From the human T2T-CHM13v2.0 reference genome, Homo sapiens, in NCBI RefSeq assembly GCF_009914755.1, contig NC_060939.1: a stretch of 64,000 nt of DNA; one strand, written 5' to 3'. A program made the translations under genes and the position numbers. Positions 62,589-64,000 of this stretch are shown here, piece after piece. The notes beneath the pieces are model-generated. The model was not told the origin of the DNA and did not search any database. It was given only the letters and a program-made list of their open reading frames with translations. The stretch's first letter is position 1. Each line of letters opens with the position of its first letter.

Positions 62589-62777
62589 TAGGGTTGCCAG
62601 ATAAAGCACATTTTGCTGAAATTGGAATTTTTATTTTAAAAGATCTCAAATACAAATTTGAATATAGCACAGAACATGTTTGTACTACAATAATTGCTCA
62701 ATGCTTACCTAAAATTCAAATTTAACTGGGCATCTTGTATCTTGTTGTTGTGGTTGTTGTTAAATCTGGCAACTCTA
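62589..62777. mobile_element. MER53 palindromic hAT MITE
   Basis: Terminal inverted repeats TAGGGTTGCCAGAT / ATCTGGCAACTCTA; internal AAATTCAAATTTAACTGGGCATC. Confidence 0.8.
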
Positions 62778-63016
62778 TGAGTAGAGGGATATAGAATAAT
62801 TGAACTGAATGAAATTCAGTTGCTTTGACCAGTTAGGAAAGCTGCCAGGGCTGGGCGGGATGGGGAGTGAAGTGGAATAGAAGGATGGAATCGGGTTGTT
62901 GACGTGAGCTTACATAGGAAGAAATGCAATTTAATTTGATTGGGTGGAATAATATGTAGAGTGGGCCAGCAGATTTAGGAGATGGGTGCTGGACCCCTCT
63001 CCTGCTACCGGTCAAC

Positions 63017-63322
63017 ATTTATTTTATTTTGTCGTTGCTGTTGTTTTTAGACAGTCTCACTGCGTTGCCCAGGCTGTAGTGCAGTGGTGCAATCTTGGCT
63101 CACTGCAGGCTTGACTTCCTGGACTCAAGTGATTCTGCCACCTCGGCCTCCCAAGTATCTAGGACCATGGGCGCCACCATGCACAACTAAGTTTTGTACT
63201 TTTTGTAGAGACAGGGTTTGCCATGTTGCCCAGTCTGGTCCCAAACTCCTGGCCTCAAGAAATCCTCCTGTCTCGGCCTCCTAAAGTGCTGGGATTACAG
63301 GCATGAGTCACTGCGCCCGGCC
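63017..63322 (-). mobile_element. Alu (AluJ-like)
   Basis: Diverged dimer on the minus strand. Confidence 0.93.
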
Positions 63323-63464
63323 TAGTCAACTCCTGCATCCTCTTAGAACAGTCACCAGGGTGAGGAAAGTGAGGTGTTGAGGCTGGGAAATATAAAGAGA
63401 CACTCATGCTCAGGCCATGCCATTGTGCTCTCTTCCCAGCCCTGCAACCCTTCAACAACCCACA

Positions 63465-63585
63465 GCCCCATTTCATAGATCAGGAAACTGAGGCTTAGAA
63501 AGGCTTAGCAGTGTGTCCGGAGTCACTAAATTAGTTAGCAGTGGAGTCGGGATGCAGGCCCAGAAGGCCTGTGCCTGTAACTCCC
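63465..63585 (-). mobile_element. MIR
   Basis: CCCATTTCATAGATCAGGAAACTGAGGCTTAGAAAGG. Confidence 0.7.
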
Positions 63586-64000
63586 TCCCTGTATAGCCTT
63601 GCTAATAGCAAGTGGTGAAGCCAAGAGATGAACCATCTCCTTTCCAGCCCACGCTTCACACACGTGACCTCATTTGTGAGGAGTGGAATTTATACATTTC
63701 AATTCAGAGTGAGCATAATCTCTGTGTGTGGGACAGAGTGGATAGAAGTAACCCGCCTGTAGAGCAGGGTAGGAGGTGGGGTCTATTGAAATTCTTGACC
63801 ATGGTTCAGCAGTTTGCCACCCTGGCTATATGCTAGAATGCCTGGGAAGCTTTTCAAAATCCCAGATTTCTGGGGGTGGGGCACAGACTTCATTTTTAAA
63901 CCTCCCCAGGTTGAAACCTACAATGCTGAAAGTCATACTCTTAGACTTATGAATATCCAACTTATTGAGTTAGCAGAGAGAAACTCCAACTCTGAAGAGA

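Overview
Primate (human-like) non-coding genomic DNA, intergenic or deep intronic. I found no supportable protein-coding exon, CpG island, functional RNA gene or CRISPR array. The supplied ORFs are Alu, L1 or LTR read-throughs, or chance ORFs. The window holds about 37 Alu elements and fragments (J, S and Y-like), old L1M pieces including a recognisable ORF2 endonuclease remnant, L1PA 3' ends, L2 and MIR, hAT DNA-transposon fossils (MER3, MER5, MER58, MER91, MER115, MER53, Charlie1) and about 14 solo LTRs (LTR10, THE1, MST, MLT1/2, LTR16, LTR33, LTR47, MER50, LTR8/26-like). Family names come from recalled consensus sequences, not a database search. The most notable observations are: (i) an intact solo LTR10 carrying its AP-1 VNTR; (ii) a tailless 5S rRNA retrocopy with a perfect 17-bp target-site duplication (TSD); (iii) a rearrangement cluster at 40.9-44.0 kb with a 96-bp copied segment, fold-back filler DNA, a ~145-bp inverted duplication and a CpG hairpin; (iv) an AluY with retained and gained CpGs and an excess of G<->C transversions. 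I cannot support a new multi-gene biological system here.
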